From Longimicrobiales bacterium (lineage in GTDB: Bacteria; Gemmatimonadota; Gemmatimonadetes; Longimicrobiales; Gaopeijiaceae), in the NCBI GenBank assembly GCA_965238005.1, contig OZ250165.1, positions 1,888,001 through 1,952,000 on the forward strand: a stretch of 64,000 nt of DNA, written 5' to 3'. The position numbers and the translations under genes were made by a program. Positions 49,301-57,719 of this stretch are shown in pieces (position 1 is the first letter of the stretch; the number at the start of each line of letters is the position of its first letter). The notes below the pieces were generated by a model that saw only the letters and a program-made list of their open reading frames with translations, did no database searches and had not been told where the DNA came from.

Positions 49301-49476
49301 GGGGTCGTGACCTCGAACCCCGCCCATCCTCCCTCGTGGAGCGCAAGCGCACGGAGCAGCTCACTTCCCTCGCCGAACGTCGTGGATATCAAGACCTTCC
49401 GGGAGAGCGGGTGGGCCTTGGCCACGCGGCCAAGCGAGTGGAGAAGCGTGAACCGGGGGCCGAGTCGATCAGCCAC
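46354..49476 (-). CDS. addB: AddB-type PD-(D/E)XK nuclease with Fe-S staple
   Basis: SATRLEALGACPLRY, GAVDRVD...DYKTG, CQVCDFRSVC. Start GTG 49476. Confidence 0.82.
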   Translation of the reverse strand: MADRLGPRFTLLHSLGRVAKAHPLSRKVLISTTFGEGSELLRALALHEGGWAGFEVTTPGRLAAQIAGPDLAAVGLTILDEFGQRALVDQAMDGVFATGEWPDLSILEHGVGFREAILGAVVALRLSGVAPESLASGPASGPARRAFLGELLTSYQRTLAERHLADPAEVLRRATEVLNQDGSSGPDDTIFLLLPGLGTRGGGGRFIDALQQRGATVLATDPVVGMPPPTAMVWKAVPARGRFSFVHAVDRAPAGDDVPDVEMFAAASVRDELREVLRRTMVSGFRWDDVEIVTPDPSTYGAVLDALSHQLGVPCSFGVGLAIRRTRPGRALEAYLRWIESGFPADVLRGLLEAGDLVAPAEYEGVSSAALARLLRRLRVGWGRSRYLPAVRAALELAVEEAAGHKVKPFRDESPEEAQARGEHRVRELKALESLLGVLEDATPWTPRPLVLERGSVSAAELARGVQAFLQLVPEGEGANAVGREDLLGRLSRIADTLTRKTSFDAAMAALRSHLDIRVRAAWDEGSPPWKSTGGHVHLTDLSHGGYTGRRATFMVGLDAGRFPGAGAQDPVLLDLDRKELAAGLPTSGARLAERRFQLAALLARTRGRVTASYTAWDSAEARVVQPSSVLLDMFRLWKGRPAATFDDFHKALGEPVCAIPRSGPLDGTDVWLDTLGRDGGFLNAGGVLEKAFPELGRGMEARSQRVKDQASAHHGLVAPRAELMDPRAYPLIVASATRLEALGACPLRYLLRYGIGLRPPDDPALDPERWLDHLQRGALLHRVFERTLTRAREESLEPDEPAFHDMAIEVLEQEARRLRNAVPVPNEAVYAHGLTLLTEDVRSFTDFVRDRGAPWIRLEMKFGRDDSPPVEVTVGGGSISVQGAVDRVDRDEDGLHILDYKTGSPYGFTPASAVFHGGRRMQHVIYAEVAERLLGEDVADIAYVFPTATGRNEERRFTRESVRPGLELLGVMLDQVASGRLLPTNDKEDCQVCDFRSVCRVSGDGWNLTSPMAEWGERNMLVLEEYAGLRRIRGWEDGT

Positions 49477-50920
49477 CGCTGCTAAGCGACGCGTCCTCAG
49501 GCCGGTCGAGGTCTTCCTTAACGACAAGGGACTGGGGGATCGAGATCGTGAAGACCGATCCCTCACCCAGCGTGCTCTGAACAGAGACCTCCATTCCCAT
49601 GAGCTCGCACAGCGACCGCGATATGGCCAAGCCCAGGCCCGAACCGGAGTGCACCCGCGTAGTCCCACCGTCACCCTGCTCGAAAGCGTCGAAGATGGTG
49701 GACAAGCGCTCCGAGGGGATGCCCACGCCGGTATCTTCCACCCGTATCTCGCGCGGAATCGAATCGGGAGCGTCCAGGACGACGGTGATGGAGCCCTCTT
49801 TGGTGAACTTGACGGCATTGCCCACGAGTTTGATCAAGACTTGACGAAGCCGTGATTCATCCGCCCGGATGCGACGCGGCTCCGGCGGCATCTCGATCCG
49901 AACGGCCACATGTCCCTTCAGCGCCCAGTCCTCGAGCTGGTCCACTGTCTCCTGGATGAGCGAGGCCACGTCCAGCTCTTTGGTCTCGATCGCGATCCCC
50001 CCTTCTTCGATGCGGGCCAGATCCAGAAGGTCGTTGATGAGGTTGAGCAGGTGCAGCGCGTTGAGGCGTATGCGCTGGAGGTAGTTGAGATCGCGGGATT
50101 CGAGGCTCAAGTGCTTGTTCCTGAGCAGGACATTCGTGAATCCCATCACCGAGTGGAGTGGGGTCCGCAACTCGTGGCTCATGCGACCGAGGAATTCGCT
50201 CTTGGCCGCATTCGCCTCCTCGGCCCGGCGGCGGGCGGCATCGAGCTCCGCGGATTGCTCTTCCAGCCGAAGGATGAGGTCTTTGGCCGCGTGCGTTCTC
50301 TTCTGCTGGTGCCAGGGTCCCCCGGCCACTAGCACCAGGAAGACGTTCATGCTCGCCAGCACCATGAGCTTGGCGATCTCGGCACCCCACACCAGATCCT
50401 GCCCCTCCACCAGAGCCAGATACGCCAGTAGGCCCGCGTAGGCGATGGGCCCCAGGCCGGCCATCACCCGGGCCCGGATCCGGTTCAGCCACAGCTGATC
50501 CGCGGTGCGGAGCAGGAATATCGGCCAGAGCAGGCTCTGCGCTCCCCCACTGACATAGATGGCCCAGGTCCACGTCAGCAGATCGAGCACCAGGAAGATG
50601 TCACCCAGGTGGACAGCCGAGACGCGGGTGAAATACGCCCGTAGCAGCCCCCAGGAAACCAGGCAGTAGAGCTCCAGGCCGATGACCAGGGGCAGGTACG
50701 TAGCGAAGTCCAGTTCCCCGAAGACGATCAGGTTGTGGATCGCCACCACGAGGAGGAGAAGGTTGGACCCGATCAGGCGGAGGGCGGGGACCTGGACGAC
50801 GTTGAAGCGGTAGAGCCCCGGCAGGTCCTCGCGGTCAGCCTCCTCCAGATCCAGGGCCCGCTCCACCTCCTCAACGAGGTGGACCTCGAAGGACGTGTCG
50901 TTCTTGGCATCCACACTCAT
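49469..50920 (-). CDS. Membrane sensor histidine kinase (no receiver domain)
   Basis: Several TM segments, MSHELRTPL, GNAVKFT, DTGVGI, GSGLGL, GEGSVF. Confidence 0.9.
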   Translation of the reverse strand: MSVDAKNDTSFEVHLVEEVERALDLEEADREDLPGLYRFNVVQVPALRLIGSNLLLLVVAIHNLIVFGELDFATYLPLVIGLELYCLVSWGLLRAYFTRVSAVHLGDIFLVLDLLTWTWAIYVSGGAQSLLWPIFLLRTADQLWLNRIRARVMAGLGPIAYAGLLAYLALVEGQDLVWGAEIAKLMVLASMNVFLVLVAGGPWHQQKRTHAAKDLILRLEEQSAELDAARRRAEEANAAKSEFLGRMSHELRTPLHSVMGFTNVLLRNKHLSLESRDLNYLQRIRLNALHLLNLINDLLDLARIEEGGIAIETKELDVASLIQETVDQLEDWALKGHVAVRIEMPPEPRRIRADESRLRQVLIKLVGNAVKFTKEGSITVVLDAPDSIPREIRVEDTGVGIPSERLSTIFDAFEQGDGGTTRVHSGSGLGLAISRSLCELMGMEVSVQSTLGEGSVFTISIPQSLVVKEDLDRPEDASLSSGG

Positions 50921-51105
50921 GGATAGGTGGGCATTCCCTGGCGCGGAGTTGACTTCGGTTTTCCCGAGCGAATCGGGCCGGCTTGCCGGGTATCGGCGAA
51001 GAGTAGGGTGGCCCGGCATGGGGCGCCAGGCCCCACCCACGTCCCGTGGGTTGTGCCCCGTGGGCCCTTGTCACCAGACCTGAAGTCATCCGATACTATC
51101 GGTGT

Positions 51106-52335
51106 ATGGCGACGCTGCTATGGGTCCTGGGGGTATCTCTCTCCGTCTCCTTCCTGTGTTCCATCTTGGAGGCCGTCCTCCTCTCCGTAACACACTCCTA
51201 CGTTGAGGTCCTCCGGGAGCAGGGATCCAAAGCCGGAGACTATCTGAGCGCCATGCGAGAGAGGATCGACGAGCCCATCGCGGCGATTCTGACGCTCAAC
51301 ACCATAGCACACACGGCCGGCGCCGCGCTCGGGGGCTCGATCGCGGCCCGCGTCTTCGGTGAGATATGGATCGGGGTATTCACCGGGGTCCTGACCCTGG
51401 TCATCCTCCTCTTCTCCGAGATCGTGCCGAAGACGATCGGGGCTACTTTCTGGCAGAAACTCGCAAAGCCGTCCGCGCACGTCCTGCGCTGGATGATCAT
51501 CCTCATGAAGCCGATCCTGGTGCCTCTCAACCTCTTCAGCCAGGTGCTCCGGGGCTCGCGCGGCCCCACGGTCAGCCGGGCCGAGCTGGAGGTCATGGCC
51601 CAGATCGGCTACGGCGAGGGCACCATCGACGAAGATGAGTGGAAGGTCGTGACCAACGTGATCCGCCTCGACGAGGTCACGGTCGGGGAGGTCATGACGC
51701 CTCGGACGGACATGGTGGCGGTGCCCCGGGACGCCACGGTGGAGGAGGCCATGGCGGTCATGCTGGACGAGGGGCACCTCCGCCTGCCCGTCTACGGGGA
51801 ATCCCTGGACAAGATCGAGGGGCTGCTCGTGGCCCGAGACCTTTGGCGCGGTGACCGGGAGGCCCTGGAGGACATCTCGCGCATCCTCCGCCCCATCAGG
51901 TTCATCCCCACTACCAAGCTGGTGGAGGACCTGATCCCCGAGATGCGGACCAACAGGACGAAGATGGCCATCGTCGTGGACGAGTTCGGCGGAACGGCAG
52001 GTCTGGTGACCCTCGAGGATCTCATCGAGGAGATTATCGGAGAGATCCAGGACGAGCATGAGGCGGACGAGCCTCTGAGCTTCGAGCAGCTATCCGACGG
52101 CCACGTCCTTATCTGGGGTGGAGTACCGGTTCGGGAGGTGAACGACCATCTGGGCCTCGCCCTTTCAGAAGATCTCCACGACACCCTGGGGGGCTACGTC
52201 TTCGGAGCCTTGAACCGTGTCGGGCGCGAGGGGGACATAGTGGAGGTCGAGGGCGGGCGTCTCCGCATCTCGAAGATGCGAGGACGCCGGGTCGAATACG
52301 TCATTCTGGTCCCCAGCGTGCCCGAGGCCGAGTAG
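51106..52335 (+). CDS. CNNM/CBS/CorC (hemolysin-C/TlyC family) protein
   Basis: CSILEAVLLS, AILTLNTIAH, SEIVPKTIG, VMTPR, VDEFGGTAGLVTLEDLIEEIIGEIQDE. Confidence 0.9.
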   Translation: MATLLWVLGVSLSVSFLCSILEAVLLSVTHSYVEVLREQGSKAGDYLSAMRERIDEPIAAILTLNTIAHTAGAALGGSIAARVFGEIWIGVFTGVLTLVILLFSEIVPKTIGATFWQKLAKPSAHVLRWMIILMKPILVPLNLFSQVLRGSRGPTVSRAELEVMAQIGYGEGTIDEDEWKVVTNVIRLDEVTVGEVMTPRTDMVAVPRDATVEEAMAVMLDEGHLRLPVYGESLDKIEGLLVARDLWRGDREALEDISRILRPIRFIPTTKLVEDLIPEMRTNRTKMAIVVDEFGGTAGLVTLEDLIEEIIGEIQDEHEADEPLSFEQLSDGHVLIWGGVPVREVNDHLGLALSEDLHDTLGGYVFGALNRVGREGDIVEVEGGRLRISKMRGRRVEYVILVPSVPEAE

Positions 52336-52403
52336 GCCGGCACCAGGGCCCCTCGCCGGCCACCAGGGCCCGCACGCCCACCGTCGAGGAATCCCGCTTC
52401 GGC

Positions 52404-53478
52404 TCAGTCGCCCACGCCCCGCTCCACGCCCTCCACGTGGATCGTCTGAGTCGGGTACGCAAACTCGATTCCCTCCTCGGCGAAGCGCTTGAAGATCTCG
52501 AGATTGATGGAGTGGTGTGTGGCTCCGTAGGTCGCGAAGTCCGGGACCTGCATGTGGTACACGATATCGATTGTTCAGCGCCGAGTCGCCGAAGGTCATG
52601 AAGAAGCACCGATCGAAGAGGGTGTTCTCCCGGCTTTCGATGATTTCCTGGATCAAGCCCGGAATCCGCTCGAGCTGCTCGGGAGTGGTGTCGTAGGTCA
52701 CCCCCAGAGTGAAGGCACAGCGTCGCTTCTCCCGGCGCTGGAAGTTCTGGATCCGGCTCCCGAGCAGGTCCGAGTTCGAGAAGACGAGCTGCTCGCCGGT
52801 GAGCGACTTGAGCCGGGTGGTCTTGAGGCCGACGTGCTCTACCGTGCCGACCAGGGTACCGACTTGGATGGAGTCGCCCACCGCGAAGGGCTTGTCGAAG
52901 ATGATGGAGAACGACGCGAAGAGATCGGACAGCGTGCCCTGAAGCGCCAACCCCAAGGCCAGGCCGCCGATGCCCAACGACGCCACGAGAGGACCGACGT
53001 CGATGCCCAGGTTGTCCAGGGCCAGCATGATGAAGGTCGCCCAGACCCCGAAGCGGATGAGAAAGCCCACCGAGTCCATGGCCGTGGTGATGGTCGGGTC
53101 GCCCTCGAACTTCCTCGCTGCCCAGCTCCCGAGGAGGTAGTTGACGACGCCGTTGGCCCAGAACGCTCCCTGGATGAGGAAGCCGACAACGAGGAGGCGC
53201 GTGAAGATCGAATCGATTTCGGGTGCAAGCTCGAGGGTGCGCGCCCCGGCGTAGACGGCGACCAGCGCCACGAACAGGCCCTTGGTCTTCTCCAGGAGCT
53301 CGGTGACGAGATCGTCGATGTCCGTCTCCGTCTGTGCAGCCAGGGCCTTCATCCGGCTCAACACGATGCGGAAAACGATCCGGACGGCGGCCCACACGAC
53401 TGCCGCGACCACCAGCGCGATGATCCAATCGAGGGCCGTGTTGCCCAGGAACAACGACCTGCTCAGGAAATCCTGTAT
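52404..53478 (-). pseudogene. MscS mechanosensitive channel with a +1 frameshift near the C-terminus
   Basis: ASLGIGGLALGLALQ, DKPFAVGD, GLKTTRLKSLTGE. Removing one A at 52571-72 restores ALNIDIVYHMQ...GIEFAYPTQTIHV to a stop at 52404. May be a sequencing error. Confidence 0.85.
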
Positions 53479-53589
53479 GACGTCTCCAGCGATGCGTGAA
53501 ACCGAACACGGATTTGGGCGGATGCCCAGGAAAACTGTCGGTGATGAAGCGGGGGAGCAACCGTAACAGGGATGATCCCCACGCAAAGG

Positions 53590-53618
53590 TTGACACGCCC
53601 TGGAGGCTTATCTATCAT
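53590..53618 (+). promoter_or_regulatory. Sigma70-type promoter of glnA
   Basis: TTGACA-17 bp-TATCAT. Confidence 0.75.
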
Positions 53619-53692
53619 CGCACGTGCCGCATATGATTTTACCGTCGGTAGAGGCCCCATGAGGGCCGTCGACCCTCGGTCGGAATTCTCCG

Positions 53693-53739
53693 ACCAGGCC
53701 GTGGAGGAGGTGTCTCCTCCGGCCTGGTTTTCGCTTTTA
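53693..53739 (+). terminator. Intrinsic terminator/attenuator in the glnA leader
   Basis: ccaggccg-t-ggaggag-gtgt-ctcctcc-ggcctgg followed by ttttcgctttt, ~60 nt before the start codon. Confidence 0.65.
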
Positions 53740-53801
53740 GGTGAGCCGAGCCCCGTGCGTTCCACCCCCTTCCACACCCAGCACCTAGAGGAGTTGTGCC
53801 C

Positions 53802-55220
53802 ATGAGCCTCGATTCCCTCGTGTATGACGTCGAAGCGTTTCGTGAAGAGATGGAGGACTACGTCGACGAGCTGGACTCCCGAGACGGGCTGTCGCTGAGC
53901 ACGTCCGAGGACGTTCTCAACTACGTCGAGGAGTACGGAATCTCGTCGATCCGCATTTGGTTCACCGACATGATCGGATTCCTCAAGTCGTTCTCCATCA
54001 CACCCAAGGAGCTCAAGGGAGCTTTCGACGAGGGGATGGGCTTCGACGGTTCGTCCATCGAGGGTTATCGGCGCATCCAGAAGAGCGACATGGTGGCGCT
54101 GCCCATCGCCTCCACGGCCCAGGCGCTCCCTTTCCGGCCCGGCGGCTCGCGCTCGATCCGCATGTTCGCCGAGATCCGAACTCCGGACGGGAGCCCGTAT
54201 ATTTCGGATCCCCGGGTCATTCTCTCGCAGACCCTCCAGCGTCTGAACGATCACGGCTTCTCGCACATGAACATCGGACCCGAGGCCGAGTTCTTCTACT
54301 TCAAGGACGAGACGGGTCCGACGCTGCTGGACAACGCAGGGTACTTCGACAACCATCCCGTGGACGTGGGAGACGACCTTCGAGAGGCCACGGTCTTCGC
54401 CCTGGAGGCCATGGGCGTGCCCGTCGAGTATCACCACTCAGAGGTCGGGCCGTCGCAGCACGAGATCGACATCCGCTATCAGGAGGCGTTGCGGATGGCC
54501 GACAACCTCCAGACCTACAAGTATCTGGTGAAGGAGGTCGCCCGGCGCTGCGGAGTGTTCGCCACGTTCATGCCCAAGCCCATCGCCGACGAGAACGGCA
54601 GCGGCATGCACGTGCACTTGTCGATCTTCAGGGATCAGTCCACCAACGCGTTCTACGACAAGAGCGACCCGCATCACCTGAGCGCCACGGCCAAGCACTT
54701 CATCGCCGGCGTCCTGGACCACGCCAGGGAGATCGCGCTCATCACGAACCAGATGCACAACTCGTACAAGCGCCTGGTGCCCGGCTACGAAGCTCCCGTC
54801 TACATCGCCTGGGCCGAGGCGAACCGGTCCGCCGCCGTGCGGATCCCGCTCTACAAGCCAGGTAAGGAAGTAGCCACCCGGATGGAGCTGCGCTTCCCGG
54901 ATGCGACCTGTAACCCCTACCTGGCGTTCAGTGTCATGCTTTCCGCCGGGTTTGACGGGTTAGACAAAGAGATGGCGTGTCCGGAGCCCATGACGATGGA
55001 CCTCTACAGCCTAACCACGGTCGAGCGGGAAGAGATGGATATCGCCGCCCTTCCCCACGACCTGTTCGAGGCCGTCCACGTGGCCGAACACAGCGAGTTT
55101 CTGAAGACCGCCCTCGGCGCCGATGTCCACAAGAAGCTGATGGAGACCAAGCTTGTCGAGGCCGACAAGTTCAGGCTGCACGTCTCGGAGATGGACCTCA
55201 GGGAGCACCTGAAGCTCTGA
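53802..55220 (+). CDS. glnA: Glutamine synthetase type I
   Basis: FDGSSIEG, GPEAEFF, HHSEVGPSQHEI, ATFMPKP, NGSGMHVH, NSYKRLVPGYEAP, NRSAAVRIP, RMELRFPD..NPYL. Confidence 0.95.
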   Translation: MSLDSLVYDVEAFREEMEDYVDELDSRDGLSLSTSEDVLNYVEEYGISSIRIWFTDMIGFLKSFSITPKELKGAFDEGMGFDGSSIEGYRRIQKSDMVALPIASTAQALPFRPGGSRSIRMFAEIRTPDGSPYISDPRVILSQTLQRLNDHGFSHMNIGPEAEFFYFKDETGPTLLDNAGYFDNHPVDVGDDLREATVFALEAMGVPVEYHHSEVGPSQHEIDIRYQEALRMADNLQTYKYLVKEVARRCGVFATFMPKPIADENGSGMHVHLSIFRDQSTNAFYDKSDPHHLSATAKHFIAGVLDHAREIALITNQMHNSYKRLVPGYEAPVYIAWAEANRSAAVRIPLYKPGKEVATRMELRFPDATCNPYLAFSVMLSAGFDGLDKEMACPEPMTMDLYSLTTVEREEMDIAALPHDLFEAVHVAEHSEFLKTALGADVHKKLMETKLVEADKFRLHVSEMDLREHLKL

Positions 55221-55787
55221 TCAGACCGCCCTCGTGACGGAATCCTCGGCCGGCGCGGCCGGGTCCTCTGGGTGAGATGACGAGTCGCCAGCCGACACCG
55301 CAGTGGACCCATCCCTCCTCTCCTCCCGCCAGAACGAGATGGCGAGTAGGACGGCGCCGCACGAGATCGCCATGTCCGCGACGTTGAAGATCGGCCAGAG
55401 CATGACGCCGAGATCGATGGGTCCGATGAAGTCGACGACACCCCGATCCCACCGGAGCCGATCGTAGAGATTCCCCAAGGCTCCTGAGATGACCAGCGAG
55501 ACGGAAACGAACCGAAGGCGATCCTGTGGACCCGCCTGCCTCAGCAGGACGAGAAGCAGAATCAGCGCCAGAATCGTAATGGGTATGAAGAACCAGCGGG
55601 GATCGTTGCCCAAGGAGAGTCCGAAGGCCGCACCCCGATTGAATGCGAGGGTCAGGGGGACGTAGCCGAAGAACAGCTCCATCCGTCGGCCACCGTCCAA
55701 GGCGGCAAGAGCCCAGTTTTTCGTGATCAGGTCCAGCACGATCACGATCGGGAAGATCCCGAGGAAAACGAGTAGTTTCTGTTTCAC
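55221..55787 (-). CDS. lspA: Lipoprotein signal peptidase II
   Basis: LDLITK, NRGAAFG, GALGNLYDR, VVDFI, WPIFNVAD. Confidence 0.95.
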   Translation of the reverse strand: MKQKLLVFLGIFPIVIVLDLITKNWALAALDGGRRMELFFGYVPLTLAFNRGAAFGLSLGNDPRWFFIPITILALILLLVLLRQAGPQDRLRFVSVSLVISGALGNLYDRLRWDRGVVDFIGPIDLGVMLWPIFNVADMAISCGAVLLAISFWREERRDGSTAVSAGDSSSHPEDPAAPAEDSVTRAV

Positions 55788-55903
55788 GAGCCTTCGATTG
55801 CAGTGGAAATCCCGGATTTGAGGCCCCCGAATCTCGCGGCGAGCCTCATCGCACGCCAGAGGGGTGCAACGCGGTCCTCGACGTGAGAGGCACGGGGTAC
55901 ATC

Positions 55904-55932
55904 TTTAACGGGAGGGACGCTCGACACGTCTA
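55904..55932 (+). promoter_or_regulatory. Possible ECF-sigma promoter of the DUF1800 operon
   Basis: TTTAAC-17 bp-CGTCTA (AAC...CGT pattern), 32 bp before the ATG. Confidence 0.35.
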
Positions 55933-55964
55933 GGTATCAGAAGCGACCCTATCGGGAGTCGGCC

Positions 55965-57719
55965 ATGAGCGCACTCGCACGAGCCTCGCTCTACATCGCA
56001 GTTCTTCTACTCCCTGGCCTGGCCAGGGCTCCGCTGGCGTACGCCCAGGAAGCCGAAGGCGCGGACCGGGCCCGGGCCGTCCATCTCCTGCAGAGAGCCA
56101 CCTACGGGCCTCGACCGCAGGATATCGACGCGGTGCTCTCGGCCGGGATCACCGACTGGTTGGATCGGCAGCTCCACCCCGAGCGCATCGACGACTCGGA
56201 GCTCGAGCCTCTGCTGACCGGGGCTCCCGTGGCATCCATGAGCCTTGCCGAGCTCCTGAAGCAGTACCCTCCTGGTCGGGTGCTCCAGCCCCTTCGAGAG
56301 CTCGTCCAGGACGACTCGCTCTCCAGGGGTGAGCGGCGCAGGCTTCGTCGCGAACTGGGGGAGCACAGCCCGAGACGCATCCTCGCCGACCTGGCCACCG
56401 CCCGCCTCACGAGGGCCGTCCACTCGGAGCGACAGCTCCAGGAGATGATGACGGCGTTCTGGTTCGACCACTTCAACGTGTTCTGGGGCAAAGGCGCCAC
56501 CCGTTGGCTGGTCCCCGATTACGAGCAACACGCCATTCGGCCCCACGTGCTCGGAAGGTTCGAGGACATGGTTCTGGCTACGGCCCAGCATCCCGCCATG
56601 CTCTTCTACCTCGACAACTTCCAGAGCGTCGCGCCCGACAGCTCGCTTCAGGCCCGGGAGAGGCGCGAAGTCATGGCCCGGCGCATGGGCAGGATGCCGG
56701 CGCGGGGCCGGGAGCGCATGAGGCAGCGTATGGAGGAGGAGCGGCGCCGGCCCCGGCCCGGCCTCAACGAGAACTACGCCCGTGAGCTCTTGGAGCTCCA
56801 TACGCTCGGTGTGGACGGAGGCTATACCCAGGCGGACGTCATCGACGTCGCCCGCATCCTCACGGGCTGGACCTTCCTACAGGCCGGGAACCGTATGGAC
56901 ATGCGTCAGGCCCGGGCGTCCTACGAGGACGGGCGCCTCGTGCTGCCCGACCTCGACTATGGGGAGGCGTACCGTTTCCGGTTCCGCTCCGAGCTCCATG
57001 ACAGCGGCGAGAAGACCGTCATGGGGCATGTCTTCGAGGCGGGCGGCGGCCAGGAGGAGGGTGTCGAGCTGATTCGCATGCTCGCCCGCCACCCATCCAC
57101 GGCCCGGCACGTCGCGACCCAGCTGGTCACCCGCTTCGTGGCGGACGAGCCGCCCACCGCCCTGGTGGACCACCTCGCCGACGTCTTCCTGGACACCGAC
57201 GGTGATCTGCGCGAGGTGACGAGGGCGCTGTTCACGGCCGACGAGTTCTACGATCCGTCTGTCGTGGCCAACCGCGTGAAGTCCCCGTTCCTTCTGGTGA
57301 CCAGCACGCTGCGGATGACCCGCGGCCACATGCCCAATGCACGGGTCCTGGTGGAGCCACTTCGCTCCCTCGGTGAGGCGCCCTATCTGGCCGAGCCCCC
57401 CACTGGATACCCGGAGACGAGCGCCCAGTGGGCCTCGAGCGGAGCCATGCTGACCCGCATGAACTTCGCCACCTCCTACGTGACCGGCGAGCTGCGGGGG
57501 GTGGGGCCCGACGGCGATCGCCTCTTCGGAGAGATCCGCAAACGGGGCGGTGACGGTCTTCCCGGCCTCGTGGACGCACTTCTTCCGGGCACCGACTCGT
57601 CGGAGCTCATGGCCGTCATCCAGGAGGACCTCCAGGCGAATCCTCCTGAGGAGGAGAACCAGGGCGGTGTCCGAGCCCTGAGCTTGATCCTGGGCTCACC
57701 TGAATTCCAGAGGCACTGA
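55965..57719 (+). CDS. DUF1800 family protein
   Basis: HLLQRATYG, QLQEMMTAFWFDHFNV, PAMLFYLDN, NENYARELLELHTLG, LTGW, PPTGY, SPEFQ. Confidence 0.92.
   Translation: MSALARASLYIAVLLLPGLARAPLAYAQEAEGADRARAVHLLQRATYGPRPQDIDAVLSAGITDWLDRQLHPERIDDSELEPLLTGAPVASMSLAELLKQYPPGRVLQPLRELVQDDSLSRGERRRLRRELGEHSPRRILADLATARLTRAVHSERQLQEMMTAFWFDHFNVFWGKGATRWLVPDYEQHAIRPHVLGRFEDMVLATAQHPAMLFYLDNFQSVAPDSSLQARERREVMARRMGRMPARGRERMRQRMEEERRRPRPGLNENYARELLELHTLGVDGGYTQADVIDVARILTGWTFLQAGNRMDMRQARASYEDGRLVLPDLDYGEAYRFRFRSELHDSGEKTVMGHVFEAGGGQEEGVELIRMLARHPSTARHVATQLVTRFVADEPPTALVDHLADVFLDTDGDLREVTRALFTADEFYDPSVVANRVKSPFLLVTSTLRMTRGHMPNARVLVEPLRSLGEAPYLAEPPTGYPETSAQWASSGAMLTRMNFATSYVTGELRGVGPDGDRLFGEIRKRGGDGLPGLVDALLPGTDSSELMAVIQEDLQANPPEEENQGGVRALSLILGSPEFQRH

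Noticed and set aside
42923..49476. Helicase-nuclease pair as an anti-phage defence system
   Set aside because: Motif layout, gene order and the Fe-S staple match housekeeping AddAB.
53572..53805. 77-aa ORF overlapping the glnA start as a real gene
   Set aside because: It spans the promoter and terminator, has no SD or recognisable features, and is probably incidental.
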